From IMG/VR virus record IMGVR_UViG_3300032245_000624: 27,968 nt of DNA. The stretch is one strand, 5' to 3'. Numbering within the stretch: the stretch's first letter is position 1; every line of letters starts with the position of its first letter. The stretch is from a virus (taxonomy: Duplodnaviria > Heunggongvirae > Uroviricota > Caudoviricetes). The notes under the pieces were generated by a model, which saw only the letters and a program-made list of their open reading frames with translations, searched no databases and was not told the DNA's origin. The position numbers were made by a program, and so were the translations under genes. Shown piece after piece: positions 1 through 8,117 of the stretch.

Positions 1-299
1 GCTTTATCTTTTGATGCTTCATGATATAATACTGCTCCCTTAAAAAAAACTCTTTTAATCCCATACACATGAGGACTGTGCGGATCGCCTGGCTCGTCAC
101 TGTATCTGTGATGTTTGCGGTGTATAGCTACCCATTGTTTGGTAACCATGCCTGTTGTGAGCCATAGCCAAAAACGCATGAAGTGAGATACAACTGGATG
201 GAATTCTACGCCCTTGTGTGCTTGGCTACGATGCAAGTATAAGGTAACACAGGCAATAGTGATATGTGTCATCACCAGGACATATAGTAGTGTGGTCAT
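1..299 (-). CDS. Membrane-bound fatty acid (acyl-CoA/acyl-lipid delta-9-type) desaturase, N-terminal 99 aa, truncated by window edge
   Basis: Manual translation from ATG at 299: MTTLLYVLVMTHITIACVTLYLHRSQAHKGVEFHPVVSHFMRFWLWLTTGMVTKQWVAIHRKHHRYSDEPGDPHSPHVYGIKRVFFKGAVLYHEASKDK. His box 1 (HRSQAH), His box 2 (HRKHH) and GDPHSP are typical of delta-9 desaturases. No stop before base 1. Not in the ORF track. Confidence 0.9.
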   Translation of the reverse strand, partial: MTTLLYVLVMTHITIACVTLYLHRSQAHKGVEFHPVVSHFMRFWLWLTTGMVTKQWVAIHRKHHRYSDEPGDPHSPHVYGIKRVFFKGAVLYHEASKDK

Positions 300-304
300 A
301 GCAA

Positions 305-310
305 TATTTA
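305..310 (-). promoter_or_regulatory. TAAATA late-promoter-like motif upstream of desaturase
   Basis: TAAATA on the minus strand 5 nt before the ATG; same motif precedes many other genes here. Confidence 0.55.
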
Positions 311-319
311 TTGCTAATA

Positions 320-619
320 CTACAATGAGCTTTTTATATCTTTGAGATCTTGTTTGGTTTCTTTTAGCAACTGCTCTGCTTCTGCTACAGCAGATTTAAG
401 ATCGGCCCACCAAGATATGATGCCATAAAAAGAACGCACAATCCATAAGGACCAAATAATACAACCCACTACTGCAATAGACATTATGATTTGTTTGAAT
501 GCAGACCAATCAGTAAACTGATCAGTTATTGAAATTACAGAAATTAAAAGAACCACGCTTATAATAGCGTGTTCCCATAACTTACATTGTTGTTTTGTTT
601 TTATTGGACAAATTTTCAT
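320..619 (-). CDS. Small membrane protein (2 predicted TM helices plus C-terminal coiled coil), 99 aa
   Basis: ORF track 320..643; more likely start is ATG at 619, overlapping the dps stop (ATGA). Two hydrophobic stretches then a heptad-like LKSAVAEAEQLLKETKQDLKDIK. Confidence 0.7.
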   Translation of the reverse strand: MKICPIKTKQQCKLWEHAIISVVLLISVISITDQFTDWSAFKQIIMSIAVVGCIIWSLWIVRSFYGIISWWADLKSAVAEAEQLLKETKQDLKDIKSSL

Positions 620-1050
620 TTTAGTGTGGCTCTCAACTGCCATGAATGCTTGCGATGTGCATCCATGCGCTCTGCTAGGAAGTTGGCAAGGCCGTCTTCT
701 CCTACCGCAGTAGCAATGTCGAAAGTCAACTTCAGTATTTTGGCCATTTTATCTGAATCAGCTAATAGTTCAGCTATCATTGCTTCAGGGGGTAGTATTT
801 CAGATTCGTCATTGATTTGACTCAGCATATTGAAACGTCCAAAACTGGCCGGAGTATATGCACCTAGCTTGCGAATATTTTCTGCAAATGGATCAATACT
901 GCCGTATACTTCTTCGTAGATGTTTCCAAATAAATCGTGTAGCTCTGCAAAGTGTATGCCTTCGACATTCCAGTGGAAGTTGTGCGCTTTCAGATAAAAA
1001 CTGAATTCACTTGCAAATGCTATTTTTAATGCGTTAACTAATTTATCCAT
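616..1050 (-). CDS. dps: Dps family ferritin-like DNA-protection protein
   Basis: KAHNFHWNVEG-x-HFAELHDLF-x3-YEE...IDPFAENIRKLG ferroxidase-centre motifs and C-terminal HRKHSWQL; 144 aa four-helix-bundle size. Confidence 0.93.
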   Translation of the reverse strand: MDKLVNALKIAFASEFSFYLKAHNFHWNVEGIHFAELHDLFGNIYEEVYGSIDPFAENIRKLGAYTPASFGRFNMLSQINDESEILPPEAMIAELLADSDKMAKILKLTFDIATAVGEDGLANFLAERMDAHRKHSWQLRATLK

Positions 1051-1057
1051 AGTATAG

Positions 1058-1063
1058 TATTTA
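1058..1063 (-). promoter_or_regulatory. TAAATA late-promoter-like motif upstream of dps
   Basis: ATAAATA on the minus strand 7 nt upstream of the ATG. Confidence 0.55.
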
Positions 1064-1064
1064 T

Positions 1065-1152
1065 GCTCACTTTATAGTTTCTGGGTAGCGAATCCATCCA
1101 CTAAGTCCAGCAGCCGGACACACCTCGCAACTAGTGCGGTCCTAAGGGTGTT
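1065..1152 (-). ncRNA. Candidate structured RNA of unknown class
   Basis: GC-richer intergenic stretch with hairpins CGCA-CTAGT-TGCG (1126-1138), GTCCGG-CTG-CTGGAC (1105-1119) and a weaker GG-ATTCGCTA-CC stem (1082-1100). Class not recognised. Confidence 0.4.
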
Positions 1153-1154
1153 CT

Positions 1155-2459
1155 TTAATTACTTGAGTATCTAGTTCCAGTTATTCCTGTAGGCGATCCT
1201 GGTGGAATTGTTAATTTCCATACGCCGCCTTTTTTAACATAGATAGCATCTATGCTTTTCCAAACTCCATTTTCTTTACGCCAAACATCAATACAGGGTT
1301 TCCACGAACCGTTTACTTTGGTAAACACATGGGTGATTTTACTAAAAATCAAAGTTACTTGTCCATTGCGAGTGTAGTTGCCAGCGTTGTTAATTCTATA
1401 CGGATTAGTAGGCTGACCAGCCGATGCGGCGTTTGGGTTGAGTGGTCTTGGATCTTCTGTGTAATCACCTAAGCTAGAGCCATTTTTTCCACCCTGGGTA
1501 CCACCGCCACCTGCTCCACCACGCCAACCTCCACCGCCTCCGCCGCCACCTCCGGGGCCATCGTCGTAACCACCCGAGCCGTCGCCACCGCGACCAGACT
1601 GAATATCGGCACTGCTAACTCCTAGTGCATCTTGACCGTCACTGCCATCGTCAGTGTTGCCACCGCCTCCGCCGCCACCGCCAGCAACACATACATGGGT
1701 CACACCCTCGGTTGCAGTTGTAACTACCATCACAGCACTAGCACCACCACCACCAGCTCCGCTGCCTTGATCGTTGTCAGCATCATATATTTGTTGACCA
1801 AATCCGCCACGTCCGTCAAAGTTAAGACCAGTATAATAGCCGCCACCATTTCCGCTGATGACAACATTTCGTGGCGAACGAGTGGTCCAAATCTGATTAC
1901 CATTTTGTAGGATACGAGCACCAATTGAAGCTGGACCACCAGTGTTAATGCCATTTATTCTGATAGTGTGCCATCCTTCGGTGATAACTTTAGAACCAGA
2001 CCAAACACTGTTATAGCTAGGGGCATACACTATTGCAACTTCATCAACATACAGTGTACCATAATTGTCAACAGATAAATCAAAATTATAACTTTGAGTT
2101 GCGGGAAAATAAAACCGCCAGGTGTAATCTCCATTGCCTTCCCACACGCTGAGACTGTTTAGCATACTGGCCCAGGCTCCGTTTGTTGCGCCGCCTGAAT
2201 AGTATGATGCCCCGGCACCCGGTGCTCGACCATTGGCACCAGCTGAGCCAACAGCAACTTCAATGTATTGGGTATCTTGGTTTACACTAAAATATGTTTG
2301 TGCAAAACTACCGCCTGCACCTGCACCACCTAGGTCACTGTTTCCGCCACCACCACCCCAGGCAAGTGCAGTTACCACAGGACGATATTTGTCCTTGGTA
2401 AAGCCGGTGACTTTGTATGCACCGGGCGAAGTAAAGTTTAAAACTATTTTAGCTGGCAT
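1155..2459 (-). CDS. Glycine-rich virion fibre/adhesin-like protein with a central PA14-like beta domain
   Basis: Poly-Gly runs (AWGGGGG, AGGGGGGGG); central FYFPATQSYNFDLSVDNYGTLYVD...GWHTIRING resembles PA14-type carbohydrate-binding inserts; three C-terminal K-x-(N/G)G-x-WK repeats. Confidence 0.6.
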   Translation of the reverse strand: MPAKIVLNFTSPGAYKVTGFTKDKYRPVVTALAWGGGGGNSDLGGAGAGGSFAQTYFSVNQDTQYIEVAVGSAGANGRAPGAGASYYSGGATNGAWASMLNSLSVWEGNGDYTWRFYFPATQSYNFDLSVDNYGTLYVDEVAIVYAPSYNSVWSGSKVITEGWHTIRINGINTGGPASIGARILQNGNQIWTTRSPRNVVISGNGGGYYTGLNFDGRGGFGQQIYDADNDQGSGAGGGGASAVMVVTTATEGVTHVCVAGGGGGGGGNTDDGSDGQDALGVSSADIQSGRGGDGSGGYDDGPGGGGGGGGGWRGGAGGGGTQGGKNGSSLGDYTEDPRPLNPNAASAGQPTNPYRINNAGNYTRNGQVTLIFSKITHVFTKVNGSWKPCIDVWRKENGVWKSIDAIYVKKGGVWKLTIPPGSPTGITGTRYSSN

Positions 2460-2461
2460 GA

Positions 2462-2668
2462 TTATTTGATACCTTTGGCCTTGGCTTCTTTTTCTAAGTC
2501 TGCTTTACGACGAGCCAGCTCTGATTTAAGATCTGGATCTTTGTGAGTTTCTGGATCCAATTGAATGTCTTGTAATGCTTTGCGTTTGGCTTGGTAATCT
2601 TCTTTGTCTTTTAGTGCAGACTCGGTTAATTTAGCTTCGTACGAATTTATTATATCTGATATGAACAT
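2462..2668 (-). CDS. Hypothetical charged protein, 68 aa (possible head-internal protein)
   Basis: Tightly packed ORF in operon; charged helical; N-terminal KLTE|S motif. Confidence 0.7.
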   Translation of the reverse strand: MFISDIINSYEAKLTESALKDKEDYQAKRKALQDIQLDPETHKDPDLKSELARRKADLEKEAKAKGIK

Positions 2669-2678
2669 ACGTTTATCC

Positions 2679-3410
2679 TCAAGGCTGTTGCAACATACTT
2701 TTTATTTTAGGAATATTCTCTGGAGTGATTTCCTGTGCCAATGCACTACCTATTGATGATAGTTGTTGTTTTTGTTGAGGACTAAGTTTAGTTGGATCAG
2801 TTTTGGCTACCGAGGCTGCTTGTGCCGCTTGTTGCGGATTTATTTTTGGATCTTGTATAGTACTCTTTAGTTGTGCCATTGCTTGTACTTGTTTTGGATC
2901 AGCTATAGGTGCAGTGCCTGGCTTTTGTTGCTGTTGTTGTGGCTGACCTGGTTTAGTTGGTGCAACAGGCTGTCCTGGCTTGGCAGGGGGTTGTCCTGCA
3001 ACAGGTGCGGCTGGTGTTGTTCCAGTAGCAGGCGCTGCACCAGGCTTTGCTGCCTGTCCGGTAGTTGGATCAGTTTCTTCTTCGTCTACTACTCGTTGCT
3101 GATTTTGACTTGGTGGATTGATGTTAGCAACAGGACTGGTTCCAGCCGCTTCCTTGTCATCGCCGGCTTGATTATCAGTGTCTTTGACAAAGTACTTGTA
3201 TTCTTGCATGAGGCTTTCGCGGAGTTGATCAAAGTCATCTCCATGTTCCACACTCTCGGCAGCACCGCTGCCTACCAGGCGACCTTTGAAAGGGTGATCT
3301 TTGCCACTCTTTTTGGCTTTGTCGGTTCCGCGAACTTGGTCTCCAGACTTTTGTTCAGGTTCCCCGGCAAACTTATCCATGCTCTCTAAGAGCTTACGCA
3401 TATCACTCAT
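2679..3410 (-). CDS. Hypothetical protein with Pro/Gln/Ala-rich low-complexity region, 243 aa
   Basis: ATGA overlap with upstream ORF; KLLE|S and QLRE|S motifs; repeated (A/T)KPGQP segments. Confidence 0.75.
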   Translation of the reverse strand: MSDMRKLLESMDKFAGEPEQKSGDQVRGTDKAKKSGKDHPFKGRLVGSGAAESVEHGDDFDQLRESLMQEYKYFVKDTDNQAGDDKEAAGTSPVANINPPSQNQQRVVDEEETDPTTGQAAKPGAAPATGTTPAAPVAGQPPAKPGQPVAPTKPGQPQQQQQKPGTAPIADPKQVQAMAQLKSTIQDPKINPQQAAQAASVAKTDPTKLSPQQKQQLSSIGSALAQEITPENIPKIKSMLQQP

Positions 3411-6400
3411 TTTTTCTTGGCCTTTTTCTGTTTTTTATAAAAGATGCTAACGCCAAATCCATTGCCGTCTCCTGTGCTAGTTGCAATGCCACCTGCACTA
3501 GTACCACCATCTTCCTTTACATATTTAGCGGCTTTTCGAATTGGTTCTTCTACAATCGCTGCCACTCGTTTTAATGCTGTTTCTTCTAGTTCAGTAACTG
3601 CTCGTTGTTTATTTTGGAATGCGCGACTGCGTGTACCACCTTGTCTACGAACTTTTTCCAGTTCTGCATGAGCTAGTTCAATTTCTTTTGCAATAGGCTC
3701 TAGATTCATTGATTGAATCTTTTTGTATACATTTTCCCACATCACTGGGTCATCAATGTGTTGTCCAGCAGACTCCAGGTCTTGAGCCAGTTTATTCACT
3801 CGACGAATCAAGCTCTGTTTCCAGCTACGCAAAGTCATGCGGCCCATGCCCACATCTGGTGCAAATTCACTGTTATACGGATCTTCACGATCGTATTGGA
3901 ACAGTGTTTCTTCTAGATCTCTATCGCCGTTTGGCATAGGCAACGCATAGTAATCTTCGTCTTCTTCATCAGCGTAGTCATTATACTCTACATTGCTGGA
4001 GTGGAAACTGTGCTTGCCGTGGTTGTATAAGTTAACAACAACAAAACGCTTGTCTGCACCAAAGCTGTCAATGTCACCAGTTTTACCTTCAAACTCCACA
4101 TTGCCTGTGATAATAACAGGGTCGCCGATGTGCAGTTCTTCTGCGTTTTCGCGCACGGCATCTTTAGGAACAGGCTTACCTGCCCACTTTTTTAATGCTT
4201 CGTGTCCGCGCTTGCTGTCTTTGACTTTCTTGGCCAGTGCTGGATCTTGTCTCAGCATCCAGCCTGGCTTGGCACCTGTGGCACCTTCATTTTGTGGGTA
4301 CCAAACTTTGCCTGTACCAAATTCGCGATCAGCTACTTGCTGTGCTAGTCTATTGCCAGTGGGCAGATACCATTTGCCTGAACGTGTTTGCTTTAATCCT
4401 AGCTCACGTGCTTTGTCAAAGTCTTTTACATTGTAGAAGATCATGCCGGTAATCTTACGCATCTTGTCGTCAAACTCTGAATTACCTTCGTCATCTTCTC
4501 TGCGGCGACCGCCAAGACTTGGTGCATGTGGACTTGCAAAGCCTGGGCTGTATCCACGGTTACGACCATATCCTGCTTCCGCTAAACCTTCTAGTTCTTC
4601 TGCTGGCCAGCTGATGTAGCTGTCGCCATTGATGTCGCCTGCTTGCACAACAAATGCGCCGCCGTTGTCATAGCCTTCATCTTGGCCAATTTCCCAACCT
4701 GCGGCTGCTAATGTTTTTTCTACACGAGGATCTTCGTCACCTTGCCACCACTGTGCGGCTAGACGTTTTAGTGTTTCATCGCTGAATCCATCGTTGCCGT
4801 CATCTCCGCCAGGAGGTGCAAATTCGTTAATACTTGGCTCTTTACCTAGATCTTTTTGACGCAGACTTTTCTTCATAGTATCAATCTTTTTACCTGCACC
4901 CACTTGGTCCAAGTTAGCATCCTTGGCAGCTTGATTGTACTTGCGTTTGACTTGCTTTAGTTCTGAGCCTTCCGCCATGCCTTGTTCATCAAACGGCAAA
5001 TACCAGAACCAGTTTTCAAATCCACCTGGATTTGTGTCGTAATCTAAATGTGCGCTATTTCTAGCACCACGCATCATTCTAGTAAATTCTGCCATGGCGT
5101 TGTTCTTTTCAGCCACGGCTTCCAAGGCATCATACAACTGACCTGCTTTGAAACTATCTTTATGTTTTTCAATACCTGGCGCCAATTGATCGTATACTTC
5201 AGCAAACTCAGCATGTAGGTCGCTCATTGCACTTTCACCTACTACGTCATCCATGGCACGTTTTAACAAACGTTCTTCTTGTTCTTTTCTTTTGTCCAGT
5301 GACTTGAATCTGTCATGCTTGTAGGATTCTACTTCGGGTTTATCAGTTAGGATATCAAACGCATCAGGATACTTGCCTGACACATAGGCCCATGCACGTT
5401 TGAATTCAGTTACATCGCCTGTCTTCAATGGTTCACGCAACAAACTGTATGCTGTTTCAATTTGATTAAAGTTATTATAAGACTCACGATGATCAACACA
5501 ATTACGATATGACTTGGTTAGCTTTTCTAAAATCTCGTCTGTGTTTAGTCCCTCTGAGATTAAACTTTTTCCATTCTTAAGGAAACTAAAACTTTCTTTA
5601 ATACCTTTACCTACTTTGCCAGTCACTGACTTCTGTGGTGTGTTTGCTGGATTTTTGCCTATCAAGTTATAGCCCTTCATCATTTTTCCTAATGTGCTTG
5701 CGTCCACGTCGTTATCGTCGCCCATGGTGGCCATCACATAACGTGGATCTTTTGAATTCTTTACAACGCCAACTCCTGCGGTCTCTAACACAGTGTCTTC
5801 GTTGGTATCAGTTAATGGTCCGCCGGTTACCCATGCATCACAGGTTCTGCGACTGGCGCATTTAAATTTTAAGAACTTACAATATCCTAGGTCACCAGCA
5901 TCGATAGTAGCTTCGGCGTCACTAGGATTGTCACGGTCAATACCTTGAGCAATACAGTCCAGTGTGTCTTGACGTACATCAAAGGCAGCACAGTTACCAC
6001 ATAGGCTTTGTTTAGCTTCATCTGCACTGTCAAGATTCCATTCATCTACTTTTTTCATCCAGAACTTGCGATTGGGTAGATCTGGATTCAGCGGGCCGTA
6101 CCCATATTCATCAATGGCCTTTTGTCTATTTTTAAGATTGAGTGCAATATCTTGTGTGGCAGGTGGGCATTCTTTGTTAACATCTTCTGACAGTCGAGGT
6201 GGACCGTACACAAAGGCCTTGGGATTCAAATTGAATTTCTTAGCAACTGCTTCGATATAAGCATGAGCTTTGCTCAATGGAATATCACGTGCTACCTGTT
6301 TCTTTATTTCTTGCCCAGGATACTTGCCCATGCCGTGAATGTAGATATTCACCAGCTCATCTTTGGTGAGCACAACACCTTCTGTAGTAACAGGAGTTTC

Positions 6401-7072
6401 AACTGGTTTAAGTTTAGGACTTGGCTTGGCAGCGGCTTCAGTCTGCCCATTGGGAATCTTGTCCAGTGTTTTGCCCAGCTCTGGGTCATTGATACCGTAT
6501 AGTTGTTTTAAAAATTCAGCACGTTGCTCAGGACTGTTGCGTACCTGATTCCAGGCAGCACGAGTTTGAGTGCCGTGACTTACATCTATAGTTTTGCCGC
6601 CAATGGTAATCTTGCGAGAACGCTCATTGGCAATAATAACATAGCCATGCTGGTCAGCAGTGGCGCAGTCATTTATATTTTTGAATTCTTGGAAGTAGCT
6701 AGGAGTACCGTCTTTTTTAAACGACCCTGGTCTGAGTCTTTGAGCATCTGGTGCGCCCACTGCGGTAATAAAAATAATGTTTTCTTTATCAGTCTGAAAT
6801 TGATCAGGAAGATCATAGGGTTTGCTGACTTCAATTACATTGTGATTGGGCACACCAGCGGCGTGCATGAAGCGAATTTTATCACTAAAATTAAATGGAC
6901 TTTTGTCCCCGTCTGTTTTGTTGCTGGTAACAATGTACACATTGTCGCTGCCAAATTTGCCAGCCAGCGTTTCAAATACATCCAGGTGCCCTAAATGAAA
7001 GGGCTGGAATCGTCCAGGATATGTAACCACTAGACGATGTCCAGCGCCTTCAAACATTTCAACTATAAACAT
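3407..7072 (-). CDS. 1221-aa modular protein: N-terminal HxGH (cytidylyltransferase-like) nucleotidyltransferase followed by many small modules
   Basis: YPGRFQPFHLGH at the N-terminus; Cys-rich module; SH3/KOW-like module (LHIGDPVIITG...GKTGDI); modules separated by hydrophobic-x-Glu linkers. Confidence 0.8.
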   Translation of the reverse strand: MFIVEMFEGAGHRLVVTYPGRFQPFHLGHLDVFETLAGKFGSDNVYIVTSNKTDGDKSPFNFSDKIRFMHAAGVPNHNVIEVSKPYDLPDQFQTDKENIIFITAVGAPDAQRLRPGSFKKDGTPSYFQEFKNINDCATADQHGYVIIANERSRKITIGGKTIDVSHGTQTRAAWNQVRNSPEQRAEFLKQLYGINDPELGKTLDKIPNGQTEAAAKPSPKLKPVETPVTTEGVVLTKDELVNIYIHGMGKYPGQEIKKQVARDIPLSKAHAYIEAVAKKFNLNPKAFVYGPPRLSEDVNKECPPATQDIALNLKNRQKAIDEYGYGPLNPDLPNRKFWMKKVDEWNLDSADEAKQSLCGNCAAFDVRQDTLDCIAQGIDRDNPSDAEATIDAGDLGYCKFLKFKCASRRTCDAWVTGGPLTDTNEDTVLETAGVGVVKNSKDPRYVMATMGDDNDVDASTLGKMMKGYNLIGKNPANTPQKSVTGKVGKGIKESFSFLKNGKSLISEGLNTDEILEKLTKSYRNCVDHRESYNNFNQIETAYSLLREPLKTGDVTEFKRAWAYVSGKYPDAFDILTDKPEVESYKHDRFKSLDKRKEQEERLLKRAMDDVVGESAMSDLHAEFAEVYDQLAPGIEKHKDSFKAGQLYDALEAVAEKNNAMAEFTRMMRGARNSAHLDYDTNPGGFENWFWYLPFDEQGMAEGSELKQVKRKYNQAAKDANLDQVGAGKKIDTMKKSLRQKDLGKEPSINEFAPPGGDDGNDGFSDETLKRLAAQWWQGDEDPRVEKTLAAAGWEIGQDEGYDNGGAFVVQAGDINGDSYISWPAEELEGLAEAGYGRNRGYSPGFASPHAPSLGGRRREDDEGNSEFDDKMRKITGMIFYNVKDFDKARELGLKQTRSGKWYLPTGNRLAQQVADREFGTGKVWYPQNEGATGAKPGWMLRQDPALAKKVKDSKRGHEALKKWAGKPVPKDAVRENAEELHIGDPVIITGNVEFEGKTGDIDSFGADKRFVVVNLYNHGKHSFHSSNVEYNDYADEEDEDYYALPMPNGDRDLEETLFQYDREDPYNSEFAPDVGMGRMTLRSWKQSLIRRVNKLAQDLESAGQHIDDPVMWENVYKKIQSMNLEPIAKEIELAHAELEKVRRQGGTRSRAFQNKQRAVTELEETALKRVAAIVEEPIRKAAKYVKEDGGTSAGGIATSTGDGNGFGVSIFYKKQKKAKKK

Positions 7073-7095
7073 AGCAATATAACCCTATATCACTA

Positions 7096-7101
7096 TATTT
7101 A
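7096..7101 (-). promoter_or_regulatory. TAAATA late-promoter-like motif heading the 7072..1155 operon
   Basis: CTAAATA in the 42-nt gap upstream of the 1221-aa ORF. Confidence 0.55.
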
Positions 7102-7114
7102 GCAGTTTGTAATG

Positions 7115-8059
7115 TTATACTGGCTGTGCTTGAGGAGCAGGAGCACCTTGCGGCTGTGCCATCTTTTGAATATCCAGCTTGCTGATGTCGCCTGCAAATT
7201 CGTAGTGTCCTACGTGGTTTAGCAGGGTTTTGCTGTGTGCCCAGATTTCACCGCCAATTGCTTGCCAGCGACGGCAGAATGTCCAGTCTTCGCTTAGATA
7301 GTGACCACGCTCGTCAATAACGCAGTCAAAAATAGCATACATCATTGGCTCGTATTGCTTGCCCAAGCCAATATCATCCACATATTTGCTTTCTGGATGT
7401 GCGGCAATCAACTTCTCGTACACATGACGCTTGAACAACAAGAATCCTGTGCCCATGGTATCCACAGTATAGATGTCGCCTTGTACAGTTACAGTGGGCT
7501 TCAAGTTAATAACATAGTTGATTGGCAGTGCTTTCTTAGGGTACAAACCACCAATAACATCCTTGTCATACGCAATCATCTGGAATATGCTTTCTGGTTG
7601 GAAGCGAATGTCAGCATCAATAAACATAAAGTGAGTGGCTTGTTTATTGGTCATCATCTTGGCCATCAAGTTGTTGCGTCCACGAGTGATCAATGATTCA
7701 TTGACCATTGTGTCCAGACTCCAGTTTAATCCCACTTGCTGTGCCATGAGCACAAAGCGCAGGAAGCTGGTCATTGTTGGCTCAGATACCATACCACCAT
7801 AGCAAGGAATACCGAGGTGTAAATGTACCTTGGTAAAATCAAATTGTTGATTTTGTTGTGGAGCATTGGATATTTGTTGGCTTTGGCCCACTCGTGCAAT
7901 TTCTTGCAGAATGCTTTGTTGCTGAGCCGCTGACTCAGGGCTGTTTGCAGGCGGATGAATTCCACCAGCTGGGGCCTGTAGTGTTGGCTCTGCAGAAGCA
8001 GGTGCCGCTCCAGGAATTACAATTTTTTTGCCCTTGCGGGGATTATTTTGATCTGACAT
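7115..8059 (-). CDS. Glycosyltransferase GT-A-fold-like protein with low-complexity N-terminus
   Basis: HLGIPCYGG beta strand, ESLITRGRNNL, FMFIDADI (DxD), GTGFLLFKR and SEDWTFC motifs typical of GT2-like phage proteins. Confidence 0.7.
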   Translation of the reverse strand: MSDQNNPRKGKKIVIPGAAPASAEPTLQAPAGGIHPPANSPESAAQQQSILQEIARVGQSQQISNAPQQNQQFDFTKVHLHLGIPCYGGMVSEPTMTSFLRFVLMAQQVGLNWSLDTMVNESLITRGRNNLMAKMMTNKQATHFMFIDADIRFQPESIFQMIAYDKDVIGGLYPKKALPINYVINLKPTVTVQGDIYTVDTMGTGFLLFKRHVYEKLIAAHPESKYVDDIGLGKQYEPMMYAIFDCVIDERGHYLSEDWTFCRRWQAIGGEIWAHSKTLLNHVGHYEFAGDISKLDIQKMAQPQGAPAPQAQPV

Positions 8060-8086
8060 TTGGGTCCTCTTTGAAAAACAGTTTAG

Positions 8087-8092
8087 TATTTA
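8087..8092 (-). promoter_or_regulatory. TAAATA late-promoter-like motif
   Basis: GTAAATA upstream of the GT-like gene, followed by AGAGG RBS. Confidence 0.5.
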
Positions 8093-8117
8093 CAGCAGCC
8101 TCACTGCCACTGTAAAT

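Noticed and set aside
1-22. Short ORF MKHQKIK with apparent GGGAG RBS at the left edge
   Set aside because: It is an out-of-frame reading inside the desaturase coding sequence.
1065-1152. Assignment of the structured element as twister, HDV-like or hammerhead ribozyme, or tRNA
   Set aside because: Plus-strand GGTCCTAAG resembles part of twister but the following GCC and the L1 partners are missing; no CUGAUGA/GAAA core, no HDV nested pseudoknot and no cloverleaf could be built.
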